Origin: Alphaproteobacteria bacterium
GTDB lineage: Bacteria; Pseudomonadota; Alphaproteobacteria; G965222575
NCBI GenBank assembly: GCA_965222575.1
Contig: OZ244958.1
Span: 928,001-992,000, forward strand
Length of the DNA: 64,000 bases
Direction: 5' to 3'
The notes beneath the pieces were generated by a model. It saw nothing but the letters and a program-made list of their open reading frames with translations. It was not told the origin of the DNA and searched no databases. A program made the position numbers and the translations under genes. Below are positions 44,333 to 54,602 of this stretch, one piece after another; position 1 is the first letter of the stretch; each line of letters starts with the position of its first letter.

Positions 44333-44772
44333 AACCTCTCCTTTAATGTTTGATTTATAAATGTGTGAAATCCCCCAAAGGCATTTAAGAGCGGAATTGC
44401 ATCTTCTCCCAACAAAGGCCAGTGTAAAACCTCCAAAGAGGCAGACACATCAAAAGCATTGCCTCGCCTCTTTGCTTTTGGCTGCTCTGTAAACCGAGCC
44501 CCGCATGGCTGTAAACCCAACCCGCCTAGAAGGGTGATAGTAAAAGACTCTGCTCCCATTTGTATTATTGTCTTATACCACTCCTTGAAGGCTGTATATT
44601 GTGCCTCTGATAATCTCCATTGCGCAGACACAAGAGTAGGGGCTTTTGTAAAGACTTGCCTGTGCGAAGACAGACCAGTATCCCTCTCTGTCCGTCTGAA
44701 AACTTGCCCTGCTGTAATCCTATATCCCTTGCGGGTAGGGAGGGGTAGGGTTGATGGCCATTCCTTTGTCAT
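44329..44772 (-). CDS. Distal-tail (Dit-like) protein
   Basis: WPSTLPLP...GY motif; tail-module position; start coupled to the upstream gene. Confidence 0.65.
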   Translation of the reverse strand: MTKEWPSTLPLPTRKGYRITAGQVFRRTERDTGLSSHRQVFTKAPTLVSAQWRLSEAQYTAFKEWYKTIIQMGAESFTITLLGGLGLQPCGARFTEQPKAKRRGNAFDVSASLEVLHWPLLGEDAIPLLNAFGGFHTFINQTLKERL

Positions 44773-45098
44773 GATTTTACCTCCAAAACACCATTTACAG
44801 ACCACAGACTAGTAGCTACAGGTATGGAAGATATGGCCTGAATAAAGCGAACCTCCCCAATGTCTTGCAGCATAAACCAGTCCATCCCAGAATGAACTGA
44901 CCACCACTCTTCAAAGACCAGAAACTGATCTTCTGTCATTAACCAGTGTGCTGTAATCTTTTCAGGAGGACTTGCAAAGCGTAAGCGGTGCTGTCTTAGT
45001 CCAGCTTCACCTTGCGTGCGTAAAACCTCCTCTTGGTACTCTGTTCCGTAACCTTTCCTCTGCGGAAGGGGCAACGTCTTTGGCCAAATCTCACTCAT
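44769..45098 (-). CDS. Distal-tail (Dit-like) protein paralog
   Basis: WPKTLPLP...GY motif. Confidence 0.6.
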   Translation of the reverse strand: MSEIWPKTLPLPQRKGYGTEYQEEVLRTQGEAGLRQHRLRFASPPEKITAHWLMTEDQFLVFEEWWSVHSGMDWFMLQDIGEVRFIQAISSIPVATSLWSVNGVLEVKS

Positions 45099-45366
45099 TG
45101 CTTACTAAAGCCTCCTTATTAAAATTTTCTGTGTATTCTGCAATATTTCCCATGACATCTCCTTGGGTATCTCCATTTTCCTTTGAAATCTCCTGTACAT
45201 CAACTCCTCCGCCCGGTGTAAAGACTGCCTTGCGAGCAAGGATGGGTATCTCTTCTCCTACAACCCCTCCAGAAACAAACATATCCTGTGTTTTCGTCTT
45301 TGATAATACATACTTGCGCCGCAACTCCTCTGCTAGCCGTATGGATAATGTCTTCTTACTTGTCAT
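45091..45366 (-). CDS. Hypothetical protein
   Basis: 91-aa ORF overlapping the start of the next gene. Confidence 0.45.
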   Translation of the reverse strand: MTSKKTLSIRLAEELRRKYVLSKTKTQDMFVSGGVVGEEIPILARKAVFTPGGGVDVQEISKENGDTQGDVMGNIAEYTENFNKEALVSNE

Positions 45367-45390
45367 ACTTCTTATGAATGTCTTGTATTG

Positions 45391-45565
45391 CTAAAAATAT
45401 TCCCTCTGATACCCGCCACTAGCAACTCCGCCAGTACCTCTTGGTTATAACCAAGGCTAGCCGCAAGGTGTCTCAAGAGGAAATCGTTTGGTAATCTATA
45501 ATGGACAAGCGACAGGTGATATCCCACGCCTGCCAGCCTTCCTCTGTCGCTTCATACCATTCTCT
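45391..45565 (-). pseudogene. Frameshifted remnant of a tail assembly chaperone-like gene
   Basis: Minus-strand fragments TEEGWQAWDITCRL and HLAASLGYNQEVLAELL in different frames. Confidence 0.45.
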
Positions 45566-45643
45566 AGGGAAGGGGCTTGTTTTAACTCCTTCAGAGAGGC
45601 TTCCCTTCGTGGTAAGCCTCTTTTTTTAATAGAGAGAGGATAT

Positions 45644-45811
45644 ATGAAAACTATTGTCTATATTGATGCACTGAACTTGTACTATGGATGCCTGAAAGGA
45701 ACCCCTTACAAATGGCTTGATTTACAAGCTTTGTTCTCAGTACTAGCAGAAAATTACAAAAGATTAAGAAAACGCCTAAATAAGCCTTCCTGTTCTTTTG
45801 TAGAGAGATAA
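45644..45811 (+). pseudogene. Truncated NYN/LabA-like nuclease
   Basis: MKTIVYIDALNLYYGCLKGTPYKWLDL, then a stop after 55 aa. Confidence 0.7.
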
Positions 45812-45825
45812 GAAGCTTCTAACTT

Positions 45826-46029
45826 CTATTCCACATTTTTGAGGTAATTAACTTTTGTATTCCATGGCTTTACACCCGGCGGACGAGAGGAATATGGAAA
45901 GTCAATTCCAGTATCCTGTATACCACCTACGCCATGATACTTGCCAATCTTAATAGAGTCTCCTTGATTTCCAAGTTGCTTTTTAATGCTTTCTAACTCT
46001 TTTTGAAAAGGATTTTTAGTGTCTTTCAT
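45826..46029 (-). CDS. Small hypothetical protein
   Basis: 67 aa, 3 bp downstream of the protease gene. Confidence 0.45.
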   Translation of the reverse strand: MKDTKNPFQKELESIKKQLGNQGDSIKIGKYHGVGGIQDTGIDFPYSSRPPGVKPWNTKVNYLKNVE

Positions 46030-46032
46030 TTC

Positions 46033-46920
46033 TTACCTCCTGAGAAGTGGCAGTAAACCATATTTTGTATGAATTGAGTACACAATACCAATCTTTTGAC
46101 AATAATCTGTAAAAAGACCATAGTATTGTTGAATAGTATCATTTAACTCTTTATCCTTACCAAAATCAATTATTTTAAGCTTAATTTCATCTGATGTAAG
46201 AGTCTTCATTGGTATCCCACGGCTGTGGGATTTCCATATTTTGGGATCACCAAGTTTTTTTGCAATTTCTTTTGCTCTGTTTTCTTTGTATTCTTTGGTA
46301 ACCTCCTTCTTACCAGTTTCATGGGTTTCCCAATCCTTAAATTTGTATGCGCATAACCACTTTCCTATAAGCTCTATGGATCTTTCTTTTTCTCGTTTTA
46401 ACTGAAAGAGCTCGGCAGGATCAAATTTATTAAGTAGGATTTGCATTTCAGCAGTTGAAAGGGGTTCTTTTTTACTTTTATCTATGAGGTCTTGATACTC
46501 CTCCAAATAACCAAGACCTGGTAAAAGACGATTTCCCTTTTGGGTTTGGGGGTCAATCGGGCTAAGAATCGAGTAATAATCCATGTATATCTCATCTCCA
46601 GATAGGGCTAAAACAGTTCCAGCTGAAAATGCATGACTTGGTATTATAAAGTCAACATACTGAAAATGATGTCGAAAAACATCGCTGATTCGCTCTACAA
46701 CGTCAATAGAGCCCCCATCAGTTTCAAGAATAACAATTAATTTGTCTTTACACTTTTTCTGTGATTTGAGATATTCAATTACCATTTTAGCTTTAGCGTC
46801 AAGTCCTGACGTAATAGGGAAACAAAGAATAAAAACTTCCCCTTTAAGTTTCTCCTCAAGTTTTTCTGCGAAGTCCCTAAGAACATTACTTATAATGTCG
46901 TCAGATTCTATGGGTATCAT
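46033..46920 (-). CDS. SDH-family ClpP-fold serine protease
   Basis: ILETDGG, HAFSAGTVLALSGDEIYM, LSPIDPQ, SHSRGI. Confidence 0.85.
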   Translation of the reverse strand: MIPIESDDIISNVLRDFAEKLEEKLKGEVFILCFPITSGLDAKAKMVIEYLKSQKKCKDKLIVILETDGGSIDVVERISDVFRHHFQYVDFIIPSHAFSAGTVLALSGDEIYMDYYSILSPIDPQTQKGNRLLPGLGYLEEYQDLIDKSKKEPLSTAEMQILLNKFDPAELFQLKREKERSIELIGKWLCAYKFKDWETHETGKKEVTKEYKENRAKEIAKKLGDPKIWKSHSRGIPMKTLTSDEIKLKIIDFGKDKELNDTIQQYYGLFTDYCQKIGIVYSIHTKYGLLPLLRR

Positions 46921-47036
46921 TCTTTGTAAATATAGCCTTAGTGCATCACTTTAGCAGTGTACTTAAAGTATACTGGAAACTTAGAGCCACTTCAATCATA
47001 ATCCATAATCTGAAAAAAACCCAAGCGTAGGCGTAG

Positions 47037-47969
47037 CTAATAACTACCGATTGTGTTCTTCAGGGTTGCTGTGAGCATATGTCCTACTGTGGTATCCTTT
47101 GCCCCTTGAAAGTCATAGGAAACCTCTATCCCACTAGGGCTGTCTATACGACTCTTCGGCTTCTGTAAATACACCTCATGTGCCGTAATCTCCAGCAAGT
47201 TATCTGCATCTATTGTATAGGCAAGTGTCAATGCCACCCTTGTGCCACCACTGGCTACAGCGGTCTCATGGGCATACCGCACAGTAATTGAACCCGTCAA
47301 AGACGCCCTTCCTAAATCCACTTCAATCTTTCCATCACTCCGTATTGTCTCTATACGCTCTAAATTGTTGCTATAGGTTAACGACCCATCGGTTACATTC
47401 GCAAGCAAATCACTACCTTTCTTAATGCTCCCTTGAAGCTGAGAAAATCTTTGATAGGCATGAGGAGCCGTTGGATTGCTATGCTTAGTAGAGCCACCAG
47501 TCGTTGCCCCTTGACCTATAACGTTGATAGTTGCTTGTGCCTCCCCTGAACTTTGGAAATTAAACGCTATGTTATTCGCCCGTACCCCTGAGAACAGAAA
47601 AAACTTGCTCACATCTGGATAGCCTACCTCCAGCGTCATACTCGGCACTGTCGTCTTCCCAGAAACAAACGTGTGCGTTTTCTTTGTGGTGTTCGAAGTT
47701 GTTGTTGGGTCTCCAAACAAAGCCTTTAGCCAATATCCGATATTGTTCAAGTCCACTGGGACCACAATATCTCTATCCACCCTAGTCACATCCTGAAATA
47801 TTATAGGGTCTCTGTCTTGTCCCAAAACTTGAGACTCTATCAATCCCTGTTCAGAGTTCAGACTGGACGAGACAAAGGGGACGATTTGATACGAGTCCGC
47901 ACTTGACGGCGCTGTCCCGTAAGTATCTGGTGCCTCCCACGCTATTAAAAGTTTTCTATATCCATTCAT
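47037..47969 (-). CDS. Phage tail tube protein
   Basis: SEQGLIESQVLG..RDP, IGYWLKALFG, YSNNLERIETIRSDG. Confidence 0.85.
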   Translation of the reverse strand: MNGYRKLLIAWEAPDTYGTAPSSADSYQIVPFVSSSLNSEQGLIESQVLGQDRDPIIFQDVTRVDRDIVVPVDLNNIGYWLKALFGDPTTTSNTTKKTHTFVSGKTTVPSMTLEVGYPDVSKFFLFSGVRANNIAFNFQSSGEAQATINVIGQGATTGGSTKHSNPTAPHAYQRFSQLQGSIKKGSDLLANVTDGSLTYSNNLERIETIRSDGKIEVDLGRASLTGSITVRYAHETAVASGGTRVALTLAYTIDADNLLEITAHEVYLQKPKSRIDSPSGIEVSYDFQGAKDTTVGHMLTATLKNTIGSY

Positions 47970-48374
47970 ATGCTCTTGCCATTAACCTTCTTAGTAGTTA
48001 TTAAACTTTGTAAACGCCATTTCAGATGACTGCTTCCCCTGCTTTTATCCCTCCAAGCCTATCCGTCCCAGACAACGCTTGTTGTACATCGGAAGCTCCA
48101 CCCTGTGCTGGGTAATATTGTGTGGAGGCGAGAGCAACACTTGTGGTGCTCCTTGATTGCCGTCGGCTTCAGGCGTAATCTGTTTTATCGCTTTTAGGAC
48201 GGCTACATGAGAAACATTTGCGTCTAGGGGCGTACTCTCGGAGTGATATCTCCATTTCCTAACGCGTAAGGCCTCCCCATTCTAATCAAAAATTAATACC
48301 ATTTTGTACCAAATGTACACAAGAAAAATGTACTGTTTTGTACCATTTTGTACCAAGTCCTTTAATAGCAAGGG

Positions 48375-48824
48375 TTAGGGACATTGTTTTTCATTTAATT
48401 TTATAGCAATTTTGTGTAATCCGCTTTTCCATTTTCGTACAGCAGTTGTGCGTCCACATCCTATCTTCCAGCAAATGACTTTCCAAGGCTTTCTGCACGC
48501 ACGCATCCAAATAATATCACCTTCTTCTTTTTCTATTCCTTCAAACCTAAGCCACTTACAGGTTTCCCAGCATTGAGTGATCTGTTTGGGGGTAGGACGT
48601 AAGACCATAGGAACAGGTTCTAATTGTTGTAGAATTTCCTCTGGAGAACAAATAAAATCTGGCCATGAATTTTTATATTTTTTTGGCAAAACGGAAGGCA
48701 ATGTACTCAGAACCCATACTGCTTGATAAAAGCGCTCAACAACAGTTTCCTTGGTCCACTTTCCCATAGCACACTCCTGCATGAGAGGTTTTGTTTTGAA
48801 AAAAAGGGAATTTCTAGTTGTCAA
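48375..48824 (-). CDS. DUF6362-like late-transcription regulator
   Basis: NSWPDF, RPTP..I, IIWMRA...PWKVICW...GRTTAVRKW. Confidence 0.65.
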   Translation of the reverse strand: MTTRNSLFFKTKPLMQECAMGKWTKETVVERFYQAVWVLSTLPSVLPKKYKNSWPDFICSPEEILQQLEPVPMVLRPTPKQITQCWETCKWLRFEGIEKEEGDIIWMRACRKPWKVICWKIGCGRTTAVRKWKSGLHKIAIKLNEKQCP

Positions 48825-49090
48825 TAGCTTTTTCCCCCCGGCGCATGATGCTTTGGACAGCGCCTGTTAGCATATCTACATTTCAGTCCTGTTTGTGTGA
48901 TAAATCGCTCGAAACACTCAGGACAATAGGTCTTCCAACAGAGAAGATACCGTTGTTCTCCTCGCTTCCCTTGATACTCTTCAAAACCAACATACTCGTA
49001 TCGTTGCCCTTGTTTCATGAAAACGCTTCTGAGAGGCGGGGGTGTGTGAAAGGCAATTTTCTTAACAAATACAGGGCTACTTAAGGACAT
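48821..49090 (-). CDS. Small Zn-ribbon phage protein
   Basis: GQRYE...WKTYCPEC...NRRCPKH. Confidence 0.6.
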   Translation of the reverse strand: MSLSSPVFVKKIAFHTPPPLRSVFMKQGQRYEYVGFEEYQGKRGEQRYLLCWKTYCPECFERFITQTGLKCRYANRRCPKHHAPGGKSY

Positions 49091-49326
49091 GAAGGTTTTC
49101 TCTCCAAGATGCTCTTCTGAAACTTTCCCCTTGCCATATGAGAAAGAAGTGTAATCAAAAAGTCGCTTTTCCCCACTTTAGGAGTCCTCCAAACCCCAAT
49201 AGCTCTTTCTGATGTTGCCATTTTTTCTCACCTGTATTTGAGTAATAAAAAATCCTTATCTTTGCTGTTCCTCACCTTGGGCTCAGAATCACAAGCAAAT
49301 TGAAGCAAGAACATCCAGCTTCATTG

Positions 49327-49713
49327 TCATTTTTGGGGTACGCATTCTCCATTGTTGTCATAATAGGCTCCATTATTGGCGTTTTCAGTTCCTGTTGCGT
49401 GGTTTTTAATTGTCCCTATAGGAACTCCCTGATACGGAATAGTGTGGTGTTCGTACCAAGAAGTGCAGGATAAAAACCTGCCGTAAATGTGAGCGGCATC
49501 GGTTCCCCAATAGCTTCGCACCTCCTCAAAGACGACCTTTGTGATATGACCTACAGTTTTTCGCATTTCCTCCAACCACTTGTAAAAACGCCTTCTCCCT
49601 CCTTCAAAGCGACTAGTGCGAAAAGATTGACTACCACTGGTCATGTTCTCAGGCTGCATACAGACAGCCCCTCCAGTAGTCGTGCCAAGATTAAGCGCTA
49701 AAATCGTTTTCAT
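49327..49713 (-). pseudogene. Degraded RuvC-like resolvase
   Basis: MKTILALNLGTTTG (catalytic D to N), VFEEVR, DAAHIYG, GVPIGTIKNHATG, then an aberrant short C-terminus. Confidence 0.7.
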
Positions 49714-49890
49714 GAAAAAATTCTCACCCGAAAAAAATGTTGTGTCAACCCCCTTGAATTTCTCAAAATTCCCTATTTTTGCCCTTTTTTGAATATCTTT
49801 TAACATCACTGTAGTTCCTTTTCCCAAAAAGTTGGTCACTTTTTGCCTCCATTGACCTTCAGAGGTGAGAGCGTTTTGCACAAAAATGAC

Positions 49891-51353
49891 TTGGTGATTC
49901 GAAACACTATTTCTTCACAAAAATCAGTGTTTTACAGAAATCTATCTGACAGTGGGCAAGGCAAATTTTTTCCTATTACCCCCGTTCAATCACCAAACCC
50001 GCCCCCCAGAAGTCCTATTTTTGCCATTGCCCCACATCAAGCATCATGTCTTCTGGTGAGGCGTATATCTCTTGTGCTTTTCACTTCACCGAAGCATCGG
50101 GTTTCTGCTACGGGTCTGCTGAAAGAGGGATATTTAATTGCGCGCTGTAATGGAAGTCTTATTTTTTGCCATTGCCCCCACATCAAGCACCATTTTCTTC
50201 TGGTGAGGAGGCGCATATCTTTTGTGCTTTTCACTCACCGAAGCATCGGGTTTCTGTTGCGGGTCTGCTGAAAGAGGGATATTTAATTGCGCGCTGTAAT
50301 GGAAGTCTTATTTTTTGCCATTGCCCCCACATCAAGCATCATGTCTTCTGGTGAGGCGTATATCTCTTGTGCTTTTCACTTCACCGAAGCATCGGGTTTC
50401 TGCTACGGGTCTGCTGAAAGAGGGATATTTAATTGCGTGCTGTAATGGAAGTCTTATTTTTTGCCATTGCCCCCACATCAAGCACCATTTTCTTCTGGTG
50501 AGGAGGCGCATATCTTTTGTGCTTTTCACTCACCGAAGTATCGGATTTCTGCTACGGGTCTGCTACAAGAGGGATATTTAATTGCGCGCTGTAATGGAAG
50601 TCTTATTTTTTGCCATTGCTCCCACATCAAGTATCATTTTCTTCTGGTGAGGCGTATATCTCTTGTGCTTTTCACTCACCGAAGCATTGGGTTTCTGTTG
50701 CGGGTCTGCTGAAAGAGGGATATTTAATTGCGCGCTGTAATGGAAGTCTTATTTTTTGCCATTGCTCCCACATCAAGTATCATTTTCTTCTAGTGAGACG
50801 CATATCCTTTGTGTTTTTCACTCACCGAAGCATGGGGTTTCTGTTGCGGGTCTGCTGAAAAAGGGATATTGAATTGCGCGCTGTAATGGAAGTCTTATTT
50901 TTTGCCATTGCCCCACATCAAGTATCATTTTCTTCTGGTGAGGCGCATATCTCTTGTGCTTTTCACTCACCGAGCCATGGGGTTTTTGCTGCGGGTCTGC
51001 TGAAAAAGGGATATTGAATTGCGCGCTGTAATGGAAGTCTTATTTTTTGCCATTGCCCCACATCAAGTGTCATTTTCTTCTAATGACTCGGTGATATGAA
51101 ACACTATTTCTTCACAAAAATCAGTGTTTTATAGAAATCTATCTGACGGTGGGTAAGGCAAATTTTTTCCTATTACCCCCGTTCAATCACCAAACCCGCC
51201 CCCCAGAAGTCCTATTTTTGCCATTGCCCCACATCAAGCATCATGTCTTCTGGTGAGGAGGCGCATATCTCTTGTACTTTTCACTCACCGAGCCATCGGG
51301 TTTTTGCTGCGGGTCTGCTGAAAAAGGGATATTGAATTGCGCGCTGTAATGGA
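49891..51353. repeat. Tandem array of ~146-149-bp units with flanking higher-order duplication
   Basis: Unit TTTTTGCCATTG...GGTGAGG...TCACCGAAGCATCGG...GCGCGCTGTAATGGAAGTCTTA occurs 7 times from ~50017, with a partial copy at ~51043 and one more at ~51216. The ~125-bp leader at 49891 is duplicated at ~51088. Confidence 0.93.
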
Positions 51354-51488
51354 GGAAAGAGTCGGCTGTTGCTTGGTGATTATTGCAAGGGAAAGGCGGG
51401 TTGGAATTTTATGGCGAGCCTCTGCAATTCACTGGGTTTTACAGGCTACGGTGCAAAAAATGCCAAATTCTGAATCCCTAACCCTTTC

Positions 51489-51536
51489 CACCCACGGAGA
51501 CCCTACCCTATACAGGGTAGGGTCTCCTAGTGGGTG
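51489..51536. other. Long perfect hairpin
   Basis: GGAGACCCTACCCT-ATAC-AGGGTAGGGTCTCC (14-bp stem), extended by CACCCAC/GTGGGTG. Confidence 0.85.
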
Positions 51537-52632
51537 AGGGGTAGAGGGATTGTTCTTTACTGCTATCCATTGTGCTGAAGTCCTTGTAAATAGGGGGTTT
51601 TAGAAAACAAAAAAAATCCCACCAAGTCAAGAATGTTGATATATAAGAATAGATACTTATTCTAAATCATTGATTTACATGGTTTTGGCAGAGAGAGATG
51701 AGAAATTTGGAAAAATGCAGAAAATTCTGCCAAAATCATATGAATCAATGACTTACATCAATGCCAATCACAAGAGATCAAAAAATAGGGGTCAAAATCA
51801 GGATTTTTTTCCTCACATGGAGAAAATCTTTCCCCAACATGGAAGAATAGTAAGGAGTTTTAACTTACTAGAAATTGTGGAAGTAATGTTAATGGGCAAA
51901 GCTAACATGGAAAAAAGTTTTCCCTAACAAGGGGTAAAACAAGGCAAAAATAATTGAGTGCTTTTTAGAATCACTCTAACTTGAGGAGATATTGCTCTAT
52001 TCCATTGATTTTTGTTGTAAGTAGTGATACCCACTTTTTCTTTCTACCCCTAAACATTGAGTGCACACCGCCCGCCTGCATAGGAAATTTTTTGAGACAA
52101 TACTTCAATTCTCACTATTATCAATAGTTTAACAATAGATATCTAGCATTTAATACTAGATTTATGCGAAAACCCTAAGAAGAAGACCCTCCTAAACCAA
52201 CTTGGTTGCTACCATAAGCAGAGTTGGCTCTTCTTGGGAGGCGCAACGCATTTGACAGCGCTTGACAGCTACTTGAGGAAGACCCTCCTACACCAACTTG
52301 ATTGCTACTATAAACAGAGTTGGCTCTGGGGTCTGTACAATAACGGACTCCACCCGACTTACCAACATACTTGACCAAGTAATCTTCTCAAGACCCTTCA
52401 GCCGTGCAAACAAACAGGAGGCACCCACCATCCTTTGCCAACATTGATACCATGAGTCACGAGTCACACATAAGACTTGGTCGGGGACTTTGGCGACTAG
52501 GTCATTCTGAACATGCGAAAATTAGTGGTTTTTTCTGTTGACATGGTAGAGGTTCTCTTCTATAGGTAATATGCCTATGTCTATAAGAATCTTCTATAGT
52601 CAAGTATAATTATGTAATAAGGACTATAGATT

Positions 52633-53355
52633 ATGAAAAAGATGAAAATTTTGAAAACAGGAGTAGCATTAATAGTCTGTTCCTTTTTCCTGTCTCTTCA
52701 TGCTGAAGAGGCGCAATCCACTGAAAAGAAAAACTTTTTAGGGCCTATAGATTTTGGTATTAGCTTTTTTCCTTACACAAAGTTCTTTAAAAACAAGGTG
52801 AATGTTGGGGATGCCGGGACTGTTTGGGAGGATAAAAAAGCTATTACATATCCTCTAGGGTTTGAACTTAGTTTTGGATGGGAAAAAGGTAAGATGCGTG
52901 GTGAATCGACACTACGTCTTCAGCGTTCACCATCAGGAACACACACTCTTGTACCTAATGAAGGAGAAGAGTTTGATGGCGTTTGGCCTAAATCAAAAAT
53001 GTTTAGTTCAATATCTCTCAACTATCTTTATTCCCTGTTGGAAAAAGATGCATGGCGTTTTTACTTAGGGGCTGGTATTGGTTATAATATAAGTGTAGGG
53101 GATTTTGCTGCACCGAAAGGTTTTACCATTACCGACCAATTTATTCCTCGGTGGCACATGAAGTTAATAGGAGATGTAGTACATAAATCTCATGAAAAGT
53201 CCTCAATATTCTTCCGTTTTGAATTTGCAAGATTCATAAAGAAACTTAGTACGACATACTCCTATGATACTACTTTGGCAAAAGGGGTTAGTACAAAAGT
53301 CGAACAGGCTTCTGTAGGGCGGAAGGTTTCAATAGGATTCGGCTTACGATTTTAA
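52633..53355 (+). CDS. Outer-membrane beta-barrel protein
   Basis: Signal peptide, FYLGAGIGY, C-terminal SIGFGLRF. Confidence 0.8.
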   Translation: MKKMKILKTGVALIVCSFFLSLHAEEAQSTEKKNFLGPIDFGISFFPYTKFFKNKVNVGDAGTVWEDKKAITYPLGFELSFGWEKGKMRGESTLRLQRSPSGTHTLVPNEGEEFDGVWPKSKMFSSISLNYLYSLLEKDAWRFYLGAGIGYNISVGDFAAPKGFTITDQFIPRWHMKLIGDVVHKSHEKSSIFFRFEFARFIKKLSTTYSYDTTLAKGVSTKVEQASVGRKVSIGFGLRF

Positions 53356-54146
53356 TTAGGATATAGCAAGAGAGAAATTGTGGAATTTTGAATAAAAAAA
53401 GTCATTTCCCAACACTCTTCATGCATTGACCATACGCCTTTTGGGTGATAGGATTTTTTCCAGTTGCAATCATTAAAATCTAGCCAATCTATTCCTCCTG
53501 CTGCTAGAGACAGGGGTGGAAGGCAAACTTTCTTTCCGAAGTCCCCCCTAATTTTCCCAGAAAGAGCTCTATAGTATTTTCTTGACTGCCAAAGTCTGTT
53601 GCTAGCAGAAGTCCACTCAATGAGTCCATCTTTACCCACCACTATCATGGCTCGTTTATCGCAAACTTTTATCCACCGCAAGCATACTGCTGTAAAAGAA
53701 ACTTCATAATACTCTGCGATTTCTTGGAAGATTTCTGGACCAAGTTTTTGTCCCTCAATTTTATGCTGAAAGTGGGTTTTTGGCATCAGGAAACAGGAAG
53801 CGAATTCGTTGGCTTGATTTTCTATGATTTTTGTATTTCTAAAACAGGGATCGCAATACAGGCTTTTGTGGAGCATATAATGTCCAAATTCGTGAGCTAT
53901 GGTGAAGTTTTTGCGCTCTCTTGACACCAAAGAGTTTTTGTAAAGAATAGCCCAGTGGCCTTCTTGGTAAGGATTCTTAACAAGCAATCCATCAGGCTCT
54001 ATGTCCAAACCTTCTATGTGCGTAATAGGGTCTTTAGGATGGACAATGCTTGAAAAGCTTAAGGCTACTTGAAGAGGGTCAACAGGAAAAGATTGGATGT
54101 CACAAGTTTTATGGATTTTCTGACAAATAAGATCAATATTTGTCAT
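53352..54146 (-). CDS. ImmA/IrrE-family Zn metallopeptidase
   Basis: RKNFTIAHEFGH...ENQANEFASCFLMP. Confidence 0.9.
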   Translation of the reverse strand: MTNIDLICQKIHKTCDIQSFPVDPLQVALSFSSIVHPKDPITHIEGLDIEPDGLLVKNPYQEGHWAILYKNSLVSRERKNFTIAHEFGHYMLHKSLYCDPCFRNTKIIENQANEFASCFLMPKTHFQHKIEGQKLGPEIFQEIAEYYEVSFTAVCLRWIKVCDKRAMIVVGKDGLIEWTSASNRLWQSRKYYRALSGKIRGDFGKKVCLPPLSLAAGGIDWLDFNDCNWKKSYHPKGVWSMHEECWEMTFFIQNSTISLLLYPN

Positions 54147-54478
54147 AGGTTTTCCCCCCAATCTTCTATGATTTTTCTAATTTTCTTGCGGTCAGTCGAG
54201 GAGAGTTTCTGAAAGTTTCTAAACATTGCTTCATCTATGATTTTATCGATAGGGTCTTTAGCATTGTCATCAAGCAGGAAATCAGTCGTGACATTTAGGG
54301 CTTCAGCAATCAGAGAAAGTTTTTTGCCAGTAGGATTGATTTGTTTTCCATCTGGCAATCCATTTTCCAGTGAATAAAGGTAACTTCTATTGGACCTAGT
54401 TAATTTTCCTAGGGCGCTTAAAGAGAGCCCTTTTTTTTCTCTCAGTTTTTTAATTTTTGCGCCAAGTAATGAGGTCAT
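54143..54478 (-). CDS. XRE-family HTH repressor
   Basis: KIKKLREKKGLS...SYLYSLENG...IAEALNVTTDFLL; 4-bp overlap with the ImmA gene. Confidence 0.9.
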   Translation of the reverse strand: MTSLLGAKIKKLREKKGLSLSALGKLTRSNRSYLYSLENGLPDGKQINPTGKKLSLIAEALNVTTDFLLDDNAKDPIDKIIDEAMFRNFQKLSSTDRKKIRKIIEDWGENL

Positions 54479-54602
54479 GCTCCGAGAAAATCCTTTGAAA
54501 TTAAACGTTTATTGTAGCATACAATTTTGTTCTTGACAAAGGACAATTTATGTTCTATAGATAAAACAAAAATGATATTTTTGAAAATCATATGGTGAGG
54601 CG

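Noticed and set aside
49843-50858. Short ORFs within the 146-bp array, and the array as CRISPR
   Set aside because: Frames break between units and there are no unique spacers.
52175-52378. 67-aa ORF with an internal ~50-bp duplication (RANS.Y.SNQVG.GGSSS twice)
   Set aside because: No recognisable family or clear start; probably a decayed fragment.
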